Shown here: positions 1 to 12,834 of the stretch, piece after piece
How the letters are laid out: each line of letters opens with the position of its first letter
Numbering within the stretch: position 1 is the stretch's first letter
From: Ruditapes philippinarum
Taxonomy: Eukaryota
Direction: 5' to 3'
Length of the DNA stretch: 64,000 nt
NCBI RefSeq assembly: GCF_026571515.1
Contig: NW_026852422.1
Location: forward strand, 1 to 64,000
Position numbers and translations under genes: made by a program
The notes under the pieces: model-generated
Databases searched by the model: none
The model's input: the letters and a program-made list of their open reading frames with translations, nothing else
What the model was told of the DNA's origin: nothing

Positions 1-143
1 GGAAAGAGATGGGTGAGCCAACAACTAATATTCCACAGAAATGGGAGACAATAGTAATACTTATTGTGTTCACTTTTATACTGTTCATCCATGCTCAACA
101 AGTGGAGTCTACAGCTAGGCTAGACTTCCTGTGGAAAGTTCAG
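1..143 (+). CDS. Adenylyl cyclase (AC5/6-like) coding exon, 5' end at or beyond window edge; last TM helix and start of C2
   Basis: Frame from nt 3 reads [63 protein letters not shown] is typical of ADCY5/6. GT donor at 144. Confidence 0.93.
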
Positions 144-679
144 GTATAGCTCATGGTTATCATTTTATGATCATTAAAGATACAATAAAAATGTACCTTA
201 AAATTGCCTACAATAGAGCAAAGTCAGCATGTATATGCATGTCTGATCTCACTCTGTAATTATTGGTAGCTAAAATTTTGTATTTTGTGATTGAATAAAA
301 GATTTCAGTTGAATTTAGGACTTTCATTTGTCACTGTATAGAACTGTTGACTAATATTGGTGAATATGTGTTATATATAGTGGTAATATAACTCAGTTGT
401 TAGATCTGCCAAATGGATTTGTCAGAGTCCAAGGTTTTTAGTCCTGATTCAAAAGTGTGTCTATTATAGCTTATATAAGCTTCCTGTAACACAATCAATT
501 AAAAGGAGAAAAAATTTCACAATACACTTTGTCTTTCATTCTTATCATATATATAAGAATATTAAAGAATTGCTTTGTGTATATTGTAAATTGTAATGTG
601 TGTATATTATTTTCTGACAACTAAAATATGTTTGAACTAATGAAACAACAATAAATTCTGTATGAACCGTAACCATAAA

Positions 680-1240
680 ATTTGTGTGTGTATTTGACAT
701 AAAGAGGATATTGAATGAGTGTCAGTTTAATACTGAATTTATTGAACAAGTTGATTAAAATTATATTATGTGTGCCTCTGGCGAGCATTATAAATATTTT
801 TCTATTGAATGGTTCCAATAAATGTAGTAATGAACTTACACAAATTTAATATTCTATTTATCACATACCCAAAATAAAGACCATTTTAAGTGATAAAGAA
901 ACATTTTCATTGATGCGCTTGTAAAATAACGTTTACATTAATAGCGCATCTTAACGCTATGTTTATATGAAAAAAAAATGATGTCACATCAAAATATATG
1001 CATGGCAAGGCAATATCATTTTTTCGGAGCCGCAACATTGGCACGGGTATGTAATAAAAAAACATTAATGAAGTGACGTCAAAATATATGCATGACCGTG
1101 CAATACCAGTTTTACGGAGCTGCAAAATCGGCATGGGTTTGTGATAAATAACGTTAATGACGTCACATTAAAATATATGCATGGGTGTGCAATACCTGAG
1201 CATTAAGGAGCCCCAAAATAAGCAAGGTTATGTGATAAAT
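680..1240. mobile_element. Non-autonomous element with internal ~90 bp tandem repeats (x3) between short inverted repeats; family uncertain (Crypton-like architecture)
   Basis: atttatcacatacc (~856) is inverted to ggttatgtgataaat (~1226-1240). Three units containing aaaatatatgcatg lie at ~990-1200. Left boundary approximate. Confidence 0.5.
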
Positions 1241-1256
1241 GGGGTTATGATTTCAG

Positions 1257-1373
1257 GCAACAGAAGAGAAAGAGGAGATGGAGAGTTTGAGAGCTTACAA
1301 TCTGAAACTAGTTGCCAATATATTACCACTACATGTTGCTCAACATTTCCTCAAACGAGGAAATAAAGAGGAG
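1257..1373 (+). CDS. Adenylyl cyclase exon
   Basis: tttcag|...|gtttgt, 117 nt, phase 0: [39 protein letters not shown] (NILP motif). Confidence 0.93.
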
Positions 1374-1511
1374 GTTTGTAGTAAACTAAATGCATTTTGT
1401 TAATAAACTATTGTGTTTTGTAAATTTTTTTGTAAATTTTTTTGAAATGTTTGCAAATTGCAAATTTTCTTTTTACAAGAACTCAACTGAATTTTCAAAA
1501 GCTTAAAAGGA

Positions 1512-2021
1512 TTGTACACAGATTTTGCCCATTGTTCACTGTTTATTTATTTCATGATATGTGTACATCATAATTTTGACCATTATACACTGTACATTAA
1601 TTTCAGAATATGTGTACATAATAGTTTTGCCCATTGTACATTAATTATTGTACACTGTACATTTATTTCATGATATGTGTACATCATAACTTTGCCCATT
1701 GTACATTTATTTCAGGATATGTGTACATCATAATTTTGCTAATTGTACACTGTACATTTATTTCATAATGTGTTCATAATAATTTTGCCAATTGTACACT
1801 TTACATATATTTCAGGATATGTCTACTTCATGATTTTGTCCATTGTACACTGTACATTTATTTTGTTGTGTACATCATAATTTTGCCCATTGTACACTGT
1901 ACATCTATTTCAGGATATGTGTACTTCATGATTTTGCCACTGTACACTGAACATTTATTTCAGGATATGTGTACATCATAATTTTGCCCATTGTACACTG
2001 TACATTTATTTCAGGATATGT
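1512..2021 (+). repeat. ~51 bp minisatellite (~10 copies) spanning an intron/exon junction
   Basis: Unit attttgcccattgtacactgtacatttatttcaggatatgtgtacatcata. The last copy supplies the acceptor at 2013-2014. Confidence 0.92.
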
Positions 2022-2161
2022 ACTACAGTGACAGTGAATGTACCTGTGTAATGTTTGCATCTATCACAAATTTCTCAGAGTTTTACATTGAATTGGAAGG
2101 CAACAACGAGGGAGTAGAATGTCTCAGGCTCTTAAATGAGATTATAGCAGACTTTGATGAG
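2015..2161 (+). CDS. Adenylyl cyclase exon (C2 catalytic domain)
   Basis: tttcag|...|gtagta, 147 nt: [49 protein letters not shown]. Confidence 0.95.
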
Positions 2162-2494
2162 GTAGTACATTTGTATTTATACATGACCTACTTTAAGGTA
2201 GTCTTACTGTAATTCTTTCCCACCACAAAACAAATTGTAACATCAGCCAATATCGTAGCAAATGGGTTATTTCTGGAATATGTTATATTTTCAAAATTTT
2301 CGGCATTAGATTATTGACAATACTGAACAATATAAAATAATGTATTATAAAAGAAGAACTTCAATTGCTGAGATTTTTAAGATTAGCTAAGTTGTTGAGA
2401 GTACCTTTATCTAATCAAGTACAAAAAGTAATGGCTCAGAAACAATTAAATTTTTTAGATTAGATGATGTTTTGTTATTTTTAGAATAAATTTT

Positions 2495-2942
2495 TTAAAA
2501 CCATTGAAATCAAGAGATAAATACCAGCAGAGTAGGTCCGTAAAGATGAAAATTGGCCAGCAAAATGAATAATGCCCTGGAAGGACAATTTATTCATTTC
2601 AGGGCCGATTATTACTTTCTGGGCCATCTTTGACATGTATTAATGTCTTTAATACACTTGATTAGATATAATTTAGTAGCATTTTTAAAAATTAATTTGA
2701 TATTTCTTTCATTAATTTGTGCTTAAAACTTACTTTAACTTTTACAGCTCGTTGTTTTAATGACGTTAAATGTAACGTCATTGTTTCATTTTGTGCACAT
2801 ACTCAGACAATATATTGTTCAATGGACTGATTTTGAGTTTTCCGCTTTGGGCCACAAACTTAAATAATTGGTCATTCGACACTCATAATCAGTTGAAATC
2901 ATAGGCAATTTTATTTCTTTATATAGTATCAAGTTTATTAAG
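2495..2942. mobile_element. Degenerate hairpin plus subterminal inverted-repeat element (Crypton-like, tentative)
   Basis: Imperfect hairpin at ~2545-2615 and inverted pair ttaatacacttgat (~2650) / atcaagtttattaa (~2928). Same layout as 52205-52587. Confidence 0.35.
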
Positions 2943-3045
2943 TTTACTTACAGTTATTATTGCTGTGATTGTGTCACCAGCATAGAGCCAAGTTACCGTC
3001 TCTGATAATTATTAGATGTATGAAATGATTTGAAATGTATTGCAG

Positions 3046-3247
3046 ATTTTGGAGGAAAGGAAATTCAAATGTATAGAAAAGATCAAGACTATTGGCTACA
3101 CATACATGGCAGCCAGTGGGCTCACACCTGAAACCAGCTTTAATGATATGAGTCATGTAGTGGCCCTGACTGAGTACGCTTTTTCAATACAGGAACAGCT
3201 GAGAAGTGTTAATGAACACTCCTTCAATAATTTTAAAATGAGGATAG
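3046..3247 (+). CDS. Adenylyl cyclase exon (C2; KIKTIG motif)
   Basis: ttgcag|...|gtatgc, 202 nt: ILEERKFKCIEKIKTIGYTYMAASGL...NEHSFNNFKMRIG. Confidence 0.95.
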
Positions 3248-3319
3248 GTATGCAAGCTTGACACTTAAGTATCATGTTACATAAATATTTTTATATAAAT
3301 AATTTTTAGATTCTATACA

Positions 3320-3452
3320 CAGGTGCCTGTTTGTGCTTGAAATAATTCACGGAAGGGCACCTGACGTCTTCCTTCACCAGTAAAGCTGGAAAAACACCAT
3401 ATACAGTATGACCTTTACTGTGTCGGTATGATGTAAAACCCAATCAAACAAA
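3320..3452 (+). mobile_element. SINE 3' fragment (same family as 6261-6550)
   Basis: Shares ggcacctgac...agctggaaa...actgtgtcggt.tgatgtaaaa.ccaa with the 6261 copy. Confidence 0.7.
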
Positions 3453-4306
3453 CTCAACTGATTTATTCCAGTGTAAACATGTCATATATATAGTGGTCAA
3501 AAGGAAATATTTTCACCTTTTTATTTTAATTCTTTATGGCTTTATTAAGGCAGATTATCTAATTCCAAGTCTATTTATCTAAGTTAACAAGCATTACATG
3601 ATACTCTTATGGCATTTATTGCTAATAATTAGCTTAAAGCTTAATTTAATACTATGACAACATTTTCTCAATTTATTTTACTAATTTTCATATATTGAAT
3701 TAGTCTTATGAATAATTTTTTGAAGAAGTCTTATTATTAACTTTGGATGTATATTAATGGTTGTAGTCTTAACTTTGAAAATATATAAGAAAAAATAACT
3801 TAGGCAAATTCAGGTGCTAGCTGTGAAACTTTATATATATGGACAATATATATCTTTATTCTATATTTATAACTTTCCATCACTGTGAAGAAATAAATTA
3901 CTTAAGATTAAAAGTTATTTATATCAAAATATTTATAGACAGGAAATTCTTTTTATGACTGTTAAAACTTTAAATATTGAAATTATTGAGGTTTTAATAA
4001 TTAATGCAATAAAAGCATTTTGACCAAGGAAATGCTATGTTACACATCACCTGTCCTTATAAAAATGATTGTCTTCAATCATTATAAGTCGTATTGCATA
4101 ATGAATACAATAAAGGAAAACATACAAAATCATACAAACAAATCGGAATTCCTTAATAATATACTCACAAATATACAAAATAGACCATTCAAGTATTCAA
4201 GATGTGCTGGGTTTTTTTGTTGTTTTTTTTGGTGTGACCCACAATGTCAGAGATGACTTTTTCATATATTATAAAGCCTGAATATATTTAAGGTAATTGT
4301 TTTCAG

Positions 4307-4431
4307 GAATGAATGTGGGTCCAGCTGTGGCAGGTGTTATAGGAGCCAAGAAGCCTCACTATGATATATGGGGTAATACAGTGAATGTGGCTAGCAGGAT
4401 GGACAGTACAGGTGTATCTGACTGTATACAG
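4307..4431 (+). CDS. Adenylyl cyclase exon (C2; [14 protein letters not shown] motif)
   Basis: tttcag|...|gtgtga, 125 nt, phase matches previous exon: (G)[41 protein letters not shown]. Not in the ORF track. Confidence 0.95.
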
Positions 4432-4769
4432 GTGTGATAATGTTAACTTTACCTCTACTCAAACCTAAAATGATCAGCCTTAGGCACCAGTATAGAGCCA
4501 GGCCAGCCAACACATCCATACAGTCTGACCTGAGGCTCTAAACTCATTTGCTGACTTAAAATTTTCGTCTTGACATCCCCAAAATTGATAATAGACAGTT
4601 CCAAACAGTGGAAGCTGGACAAGTCTATGTTAGAAATTCAAGGGATGAAGGGTTGATTATCTATGTCATGGATACGTCTTTGAGAATTAGAACATCCAGT
4701 ATTCTAATAGCAACTAGCAAATTTAGAAAATGATGTCAATTAATATCTAAATACATGTAGTGTGATATT

Positions 4770-5030
4770 AAACATTGCAATTTATGGAAATAAACACTGC
4801 AATTTAATGAGATAAACAATGCAATTTAATGAAATAAACACTGCAGTTTATTGACATAAACACTTCAATTTGTTGAGATTAATACTGCAATTTTTATCGA
4901 TAGATACTGTAATTTATTGAAAAAAGCACTTCAATTTATTGAGAAAGATACTTCAGTTTATTAAGATATAGGCTGCAATTTATTGAACTAGTAAAAAATC
5001 AAAAAAATCTGTTATTTATTGAGATAAACA
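4770..5030 (+). repeat. Intronic ~22 bp minisatellite (~11 degenerate copies)
   Basis: Unit approx. aaacactgcaatttattgagat, ending just before the terminal exon acceptor. Confidence 0.85.
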
Positions 5031-5043
5031 TTTCTCTTTACAG

Positions 5044-5175
5044 GTAACACAGGACATGTACAATATTCTTGAACCTCTGGGATACATGCTGGAATGCCGG
5101 GGTATGGTTACAGTAAAAGGGAAAGGAGAAATGGTGACTTATTTCTTAGTTGATCGGCCAAGTAAGGGAAGCTGA
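5044..5175 (+). CDS. Adenylyl cyclase terminal coding exon
   Basis: ttacag|[53 protein letters not shown] motif. Confidence 0.95.
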   Translation, partial: VTQDMYNILEPLGYMLECRGMVTVKGKGEMVTYFLVDRPSKGS

Positions 5176-6260
5176 AGAAACATGAAACTCGTAAGGTCAA
5201 GGCCACAAATTTAAGGTCAAAGGTTAATATTTAGCAATGATGTCTAAGAGCAGGAGCTGATCGACCTTTTGTTGTGTCAATGTCTTGCAAGGGAAGTTAT
5301 GATGGCTAAGAGACCTTGAAACAAGATATGAGGTTGAAGGTCAGATGGTAAATATGAGTAACAAATGTACTGATTTTGTTCTATTATTAGAATTATAAGC
5401 TTTTAATTAATTATAGTGCTATGTGGAAGTATTTTGAAAGTCAGGTTGTTAAAACTGTGACAAAACAAAAACCAGTATTTTTTTTTGCATATGAAAATGA
5501 TGTGGAAATTGTACATGTGAAATTTTGGTGTGAGAAGAAAAACATTATTTTGTAAAATATTTTTTATCTTTCAATGTTTTATACATGTAAATTACATTGA
5601 ATAATGTTCATAAATTTTGATATTGTATTGAACAGTGCATAATTTCATGTATTTTCTTTTTCAACCAAATATAAAAGCACATCTCAAGTTTTAGTTAAAA
5701 ACTGATGAACTTTTCAAAAGATTGCAAATTCTAAAAGTGAAAATATTTAATTTGACGTCAAATTATATCATATTAATAACAACATAGAGTATTTTCTAAG
5801 TAAGCTCTAAATATTTTAGTGGAATTTTCAATATTTTCTATTTTTGAAATACATTCTATCATATTGAAAAGTGCTCATTTGCCTCTCAGGGTCAGCTTTA
5901 TGTAGTTTGAATTCTAAAATTCTCATTTTCATAGAAGTCTTTGCATCTCTAAGTTCCAGCAGGTGAGGTGGTACTGACCCCTGGTGTTGCTTAAAGTTTG
6001 TAACACCCGAGGTTAGCCAAATTCATCTTTCCTGTTTTGGCGCAATATGACCTAAATTATGTTGTTGCAGATGATAAAACCGAACAAAACAAAAAATCAT
6101 ACAAAAGTATATTCAGTTAAATGTCCCTGTTTTGAGAGGGCACCTGTCAAGCTGTTCCACAAGTTCTTACTATTGTTTTGGCTGGGTCTTAAAGACAGGT
6201 CTTGGACAATATAAGAAAAGTTAGTAGAATTAATTAATAATTAGTATTTATTTAAAATTT

Positions 6261-6550
6261 GGGGCATCTGTGGCAGGGTGGTTAAGGTTGTTTACTTCAA
6301 TCCACTTGCCACACACCACTGTGCGTTTCGAATATTGACAGGGACTTTGGATTCTTTCATGTGAGGAAGCTATGCAGCTAACTTATGGAATGTTGGTGGT
6401 TGTACTCAGGTGGCTGTTTGTGTCTAGAATAATTATTAATGCACAAAATGGCACCTGACATCTTACTCAACCTGAGTACAGCTGGAAAGTGGACATAAAT
6501 TATGTGACTTATACTGTGTCGGTTTGATGTAAAAACCAAACAGAAAAAAA
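6261..6550 (+). mobile_element. tRNA-derived SINE, near full length (Meta-SINE-like)
   Basis: 5' head with A-box-like gtggcagggtggttaagg and B-box-like gtttcgaat, A-rich tail. Related fragments at 3320 and 29415. Confidence 0.7.
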
Positions 6551-6955
6551 CATTTAAAATTGTCCAACTTTGACACATGTTTGAATCATACATGTGTCAT
6601 CTTTGTGTAACATTATAAATGAAATCCAAAGAAGGATGGATGGGACTTTGATAAATTTTACATGTATATATATTATTGTGTGGGGCGAAAGGACATTAAC
6701 AAATAAATTCATGGTTTGATTTTGCATAATCTTAGGATTAAAGCAAACAGTAAGTTGTACCTGCAAAACAAAAATGTAAGAACTTCATTGTTTTTATAGT
6801 ATTAATGGTATTAGAAATTATGGCAGAATACTTGAACTTGACTGATTAAATAATGATTAAATACGAGATAAGTTGTTTTCTTTAACCATTGTTGTTAAGG
6901 ATAGGACTCGGGTCTTTTGTTATTTTGATGATATTTTGATGTTGTACATAAATAT

Positions 6956-7169
6956 GAGCCGCGACATGACAAAACCAACAAAATGGGTTTGCGATCAGCA
7001 TGGATCCAGACCAGCCTGCACATCCGCACAGTCTGATCAGGATCCATGCTGTTCGCTATCAGTTTCTCTACCTGCAATAGGGTTTTTAAGTGAACAGCAC
7101 AGATGGCAGGCTGGTCTGGATCCAAGCTGGTCGCAAACCCATTATGTTGGTTTTGTCGTGACATGGCTC
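6956..7169. mobile_element. Foldback MITE, Sola-like, copy 1
   Basis: Termini GAGCC...GGCTC, long TIRs, 4 bp TSD atat/atat. Confidence 0.85.
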
Positions 7170-9127
7170 ATATGTAAAAAAACAACTGGCTAATGTTTTT
7201 ATTGTTGATTGATTTGTGTTTCTCTCTGTGATTTCTCTATCTGAACTGTGATGTATGTATGTAATATGTAGTAATTTCTTGTACATTTTATCACTCAGTC
7301 AAATTTTGGATGTAATAAATGTGTATGAGATGATGGCCAACCATTGAATACAATGGTATGAAAATAAGAACATTGTTTTTTTTCTCACTGTATATGCTGT
7401 ATTATTGGTCGACCTTCGATTTTGTCAGTAAAGTGGTAAATTTGCTTAAATATTTTAGAATTGGCTTCTGACAGAATTATTAAATCTTCTGATTTTTTTT
7501 TGCAATTGAGAAAGCCTTAATTAATTAACTAATTAGACTATTAGTACTTAATTAATTAACTAATAAATACTAAATTAATTATTTAATTTACTCGTATTTA
7601 TATAAGAAAACATACTGGTTATTTTATTTCAAGAAAAAGCAACTGCTATAATTATGTGGGTTTTTTTTACTCCCTGATAATGTTTGTACATACACCGCCA
7701 AAATGAAAATGAAACTTTATTTTACTTCTTGAGAATGACATTGATTCAGTACATTCTATAATTGATTCAAAACATGATTTATTTAATTAACTGTAAAATA
7801 TGATTCATATCACAAATTTTGCCTAAAACTTTCACTCAGGAAATACAATGTAAGTAGCCTTTTTCCACCAGTACATTATTATTTATAGAGCATATTTTTG
7901 AAGTCAGACAAGACTGACTGACTGTAATTTTGATAGCACAGTTTTTATATTTTGTTATTGAAATCCCTTTAACTTTGAATAGACTGTTCCAATTTCAATG
8001 CTGGGCAAATTTATTACACAAAAAGCAGGTGTTTAAAGGTGAAAGATTGCTGTTACAGTATAATAAAATTGACAATTATTACCAATTTTGAGACAAAAAT
8101 TTACCTTATGATTTTAAAAAGTTTATTATCAATTTATAGGATTAAATCATTATACATGTAATACTGGCAGGATTGTATTGTAACTACGAGTTTATACATG
8201 TTTCTTTCTTTTTATGTTATTTGTAAACACCTTTTAATACTGGTAACCAAATCTTCTCTTTTGTTATGTCATGTTGGTTCATTGCTGTCCAAGCTCTACA
8301 TAATTGTATGAACCATATTACATAACAAAAGATTTGGTTACCTATAAGGTGTTAGTAACAACCTTTTATAGTATTGTAAATGAATTGAAAAGAAACATAA
8401 AAGAGGCAATGATTGCTTTGGAGATAGCGTTCTAATCCTAACACTTAAAAGGATATTGGTTGAAACACAATTGTTAAAAAAATATGTGCTTGTAAATAAA
8501 TTTTATAAAACAGTCAATATAAATGATTAAAAGAATGCATGTATATATACAACAAGCAACATGTATAAAATCGTTTTTACAGTATAATCTTGTTGAAATT
8601 TGCTTAATGTTTAGCCAGAGTAAACTTTAATTTGATGTTAAGGGAGGTAATTATGATAATAAAAAAAAGGACAACCCTCACATCCCTTTAGAAATTGTCT
8701 TTTCCATCCATGTGTCTGTGTTTTTCTGCTTTTGTTCTTTTAAAAACTACATGTACATAATCAACATTTTTGTCAAAGCCAAAATAAAGATCTTTATCAT
8801 TCTTGAAAAAAAATATCTGGACAAGACATTATTGTGGCCTTTGGTGAGGATTGTCCTCATTTTTTCGTCTTAGGTTGTCATGTGAATTCCATAACCGTGC
8901 AATAATTGTGTGTGATAAGTGCTCTCAAAATTAATCCAATTAAGATATTGTATTTTCATTTTTTGTATATATAAATAAATAGTTTACCTGAAGCTAATCA
9001 AGGGACACAACTTTATCATATATACTTGTATCATATGAATGCACTTAGAGAGCTTCATGAATTTGAGTCTACTTTTTTCACAAAATGATAGTCACTCGTT
9101 TCTTGCCTTATTGCTTATTGTCATATT

Positions 9128-12100
9128 TTATTAGTCCCCTACCGGTTTACCGGAGGAGACTTTAGGTTTACCCTCCGTCCGTCTGTCCGTCCGTCAGTCC
9201 GTCAGTCCACAAAACTGGATCCCGCGATAACGCAAAAAGTACTGAAAATATTTTAATGAAACTTGATATATGGATAGATGGCAGTATGGAGATTATGCAC
9301 GTCTTTTTCTTTTCTTCCTATGTTGAAAATTCTGGTTGCTATGGCAACAAATAGACTGAAAATATGACAAATTTTACACATAACCTGGATCCCGCGATAA
9401 CACAAAAAGTACTGAAAATATTTTAATGAAACTTAATATGTAGATAGATGGCAGTATGTAGATTTTGCACGTTGTTTTCTTTTTTTCCTATGCTGAAAAT
9501 TCTGGTTGCTATGGCAACAAATAGACTGAAAATATGGCAAATTTTACACATAACCTGGATCCTGCGATAACACAAAAAGTACTGACAATATTTTTATGAA
9601 ACTTGATATATGGATAGATGGCATTATGGAGATTATGCACGTTGTTTTCTTTTTTTCCTATGTTGAAAATTGTGGTTGCTATGGCAACAAATAGACTGAA
9701 AATATGGCAAATTTTACACATAACCTGGATCCAGTGATAACGCTAAAAGTATTGAAAATATTTTTTATGAAACTTGACATATGGGTAGATTGCAGTATAG
9801 AAATTATGAACATCCTTTTCTTATCTTCCTATGTTGAAAATTCTGGTTGCTATGGCAACAAATAGACTGAATTTCAAGATTTCTGATTCTAGTTTTTAAG
9901 TTTTTTCACTACAAGTTCTTTATTTCTTAAGGTATTTTCTTCAAACTTTAAATATAAGTTGCTAGTCATCAACCACATCATATGTGACAATGTTTATAAC
10001 TCTAGGACAAAATTTATCAGAATTACCTCCCTAACTATTTCCAGAATTATGCCCCTTTTTGTACTTAGACTTTTTAGCTCACCTGTCACAAAGTGACAGG
10101 GTGAGCTTTTGTGATCGCTTTTCGTCCGGCGTCCGGCCGTCGTCCGTCGTCCGTCCGTAAACTTTTACTTTAAATGACATCTCCTCATAAACCATTAGGC
10201 CAATTTCATCCAAACTTCACAGGAATGTTCCTCTGGTGGTCACCTTTAAAAATTGTTCACATTAATTTAATTCCATGCAGAACTTTGGTTGCCATGGCAA
10301 CCGAAAGAAAAAACTTTAAATATCTTCTTTTAAAAAACCCTAAGAGCTACAGCTTAGATATTTGGCATGACACATCTTCTAGTAAGTGTCTACCAAGTTT
10401 GTTCAAATAAAAGCCCTGGGGTTAAAATTGGCCCCGCCCCAGGGGGTCATTGATTTTCCCTATATGCATATAGTAGAAACTTAAAAAATCTTCTTTTAAA
10501 GAACCCAAAGAGCTAGACCTAAGATATTTAGCATGAAACATGTTCTAATGAGTGTCTACCAAATTTGTTCAAATAAAAGCCCTGGGGTCAAAATTGGCCC
10601 CGCCCCAGGGGGTCATTGATTTTCCCTATATGCATATAGTAAAAACTTAAAAAATCTTCTTTTAAAGAACTCAAAAGAGCTGGAGCTAAGATATTTAGCA
10701 TCAAACATGTTCTAATAGGTGTCTACCAAGTTTGTTCAAATAAAAGCCCTGGGGTCAAAATTGGCCCCGCCCCGGGGGTCATTGATTTTCCTTATATGTG
10801 TATAGCAAAAACTTAAAATCTTCTTTGAAAAAACCCAAATAGCTGGAATTTAGATATTTAGCATGAAACATCTTCTAGTGAGTGTCTACAAAGTTTGTTC
10901 AAATAAAAGCCCTGGGGTCAAAACTGGCCCCACCCCAGGGGTGTCATTGTTTTTAACTATATGTGTATAGTAAAAACTTAAAAAATCTTCTTTTAAAAAA
11001 CCCAATGAGCTAGAGCTTAGATGTTTACCATGAAACATCTTCTTATTGGTGTCTACCAAGTTTGTGCAAATAAAAGCCCCTGGATTAAAATTGGCCCTGA
11101 CAGGGGGGGGGAGTAGATCATTGTTTTTCATTATATGTGTGTAGTAAAAACTTAAAAAATTTTCTTTTAAAGAACTCAAAGAGCTAGAGCTAAGATATTT
11201 AGCATCAAACATGTTCTAATAGGTGTCTACCAAGTTTGTTCAAATAAAAGCCCTGGGGTCAAAATTGGCCCCGCCCCGGGGGTCATTGATTTTCCTTATA
11301 TGTGTATAGCAAAAACTTAAAAAAAAATTTTTGAAAAAACCCAAATAGCTAGAGTTTAGATATTAAACATGAAACATCTTCTAGTAAGTGTCTACAAAGT
11401 TTGTTCAAATAAAAGCCCTGGAGTCAAAATTGGCCCCGCCCCAGGGGTCATTGATTTTCCTTATTTGTGTATAGCAAAAACTTAGTGTATAGCAAAAACT
11501 TAAAATCTTCTTTGAAAAAACCCAAATAGCTAGAGTTTAGATATTAAGCATGAAACATCTTCTAGTAAGTGTGTTCAAGTTCAAGTTTGTTCAAATAAAA
11601 GCCCTGGGGTCAAAACTGGCCCCGCCCCAGGGGTGTCATTGTTTTTAACTATATGTGTATAGTAAGAACTTAAAAAATCTTCTTTTAAAAAGCCCAATGA
11701 GCTAGAGCTTAGATGTTTAGCATGAAACATCTTCTTATGTGTGTGTGTGTGGGGGGGGCTATATACAGGTGAGCGACCTCAGGGCCATCATGGCCCTCTT
11801 GTTTTGAGAAATTGGTAATTTTTACTCCAACTTCTTCAATCATGATAGGATTTTCTTCAAACTCCCACATCATAATAATAATTATGACAAGGTTTATAAA
11901 TCTAGCATCCATATTTCCAGAATAATCTTCTCCTTAAACTTTTAATTTTTCCTATTCGTTCTTTTAACTTTCATTTACTTCAAATTCAAAATAAACATTC
12001 ATTATTCATACCTTAATTACTAATTGTTCTTTGTTACACTCACATCATGTATGACATCTTGCATCTTTATTTCAAGAGTTATCTCCTTTTTAAAAATTTT

Positions 12101-12328
12101 GCTTTTAAAAATGTTATATTTTGATAACAGGGATGTTTAAAAAATAACTTTAGAATGTCCTTCAGTCCGTCTGTCTGTCTGTACATAAAAACTGTTTCCT
12201 GTGATCACTTTTAAAGAACTTTTTCAACAAATTTACTTAAAATAGAAACATAAGATAATGGCCAATGGCCCTTCAGAATGTTGCTGGGGTTCTAACCGGT
12301 AGGGGACTTATGTATTGCTTGCAATACT
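9128..12328 (+). mobile_element. Helentron-type non-autonomous element (HINE/pearl-like) with 170 bp internal array; host of a nested element
   Basis: Subterminal IR agtcccctaccgg (9133) / ccggtaggggact (~12296), (ccgt)n microsatellite, four 170 bp units (ctggat at 9215, 9385, 9555, 9725), 3' hairpin gtattgcttgcaatac. Confidence 0.8.
10071..11802 (+). mobile_element. Second Helentron-type element nested in the first, with ~166 bp array (~9 units)
   Basis: T-rich insertion site, agctcacctg / caggtgagc subterminal IR, 5' hairpin tgtcacaaagtgaca, (cgtc)n, repeats marked by aaataaaagccctgg, 3' palindrome agggccatcatggccct. Confidence 0.85.
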
Positions 12329-12599
12329 ATGATAATTGCTTGTTATTATTGAATTGTATAGTATTTGTAGATCTTAAAGTAACTATAATGCTCATAGGGA
12401 ACTTGGTTGCATTTTATAGAAAGTCCTTAGTGCAAAATATCTGAAGTCCTAGGACTTACGAAAACAATTAGGACTAACTAAAAACCATTTAAATAAATAT
12501 TTACATCATTAGTAAAAGTTTTTAGACTTTTATTTAAGTCATTCCCCTGAGAAAAGTTACAAATACGATGGTATACACTTCAATCCGCAATGTGTAAAT

Positions 12600-12834
12600 G
12601 AGCCGCGTCATGACAAAACCAACATAATGCGTTTGCGACCAGTATGGATCCAGACCAGCCTGCACATCCGTGCAGTCTGATCAGGATCCATGCAGTTCGC
12701 TTACAAACCCTGTAACAAGTAGAGAAACTGATAGCGAACAGCATGGATCCTGATCAGACTGCGCGGATGCGCAGGCTGGTCTGGATCCATGCTGGTCGCA
12801 AATGCATTATGTTGGTTTTGTCATGACATGGCTC
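12600..12834. mobile_element. Foldback MITE, Sola-like, copy 2
   Basis: GAGCC...GGCTC termini, ~100 bp TIRs, TSD aaat/aaat. Confidence 0.88.

Noticed and set aside
6261-6345. tRNA-like sequence
   Set aside because: Degenerate, continues into a SINE body that has other copies; not a tRNA gene.
9215-11720. Regularly spaced repeats resembling a CRISPR array, and ORFs 9509-9721, 10174-10410, 10886-11212
   Set aside because: Whole units repeat with no unique spacers, the context is eukaryotic and there are no cas genes. The ORFs are by-products of the arrays.
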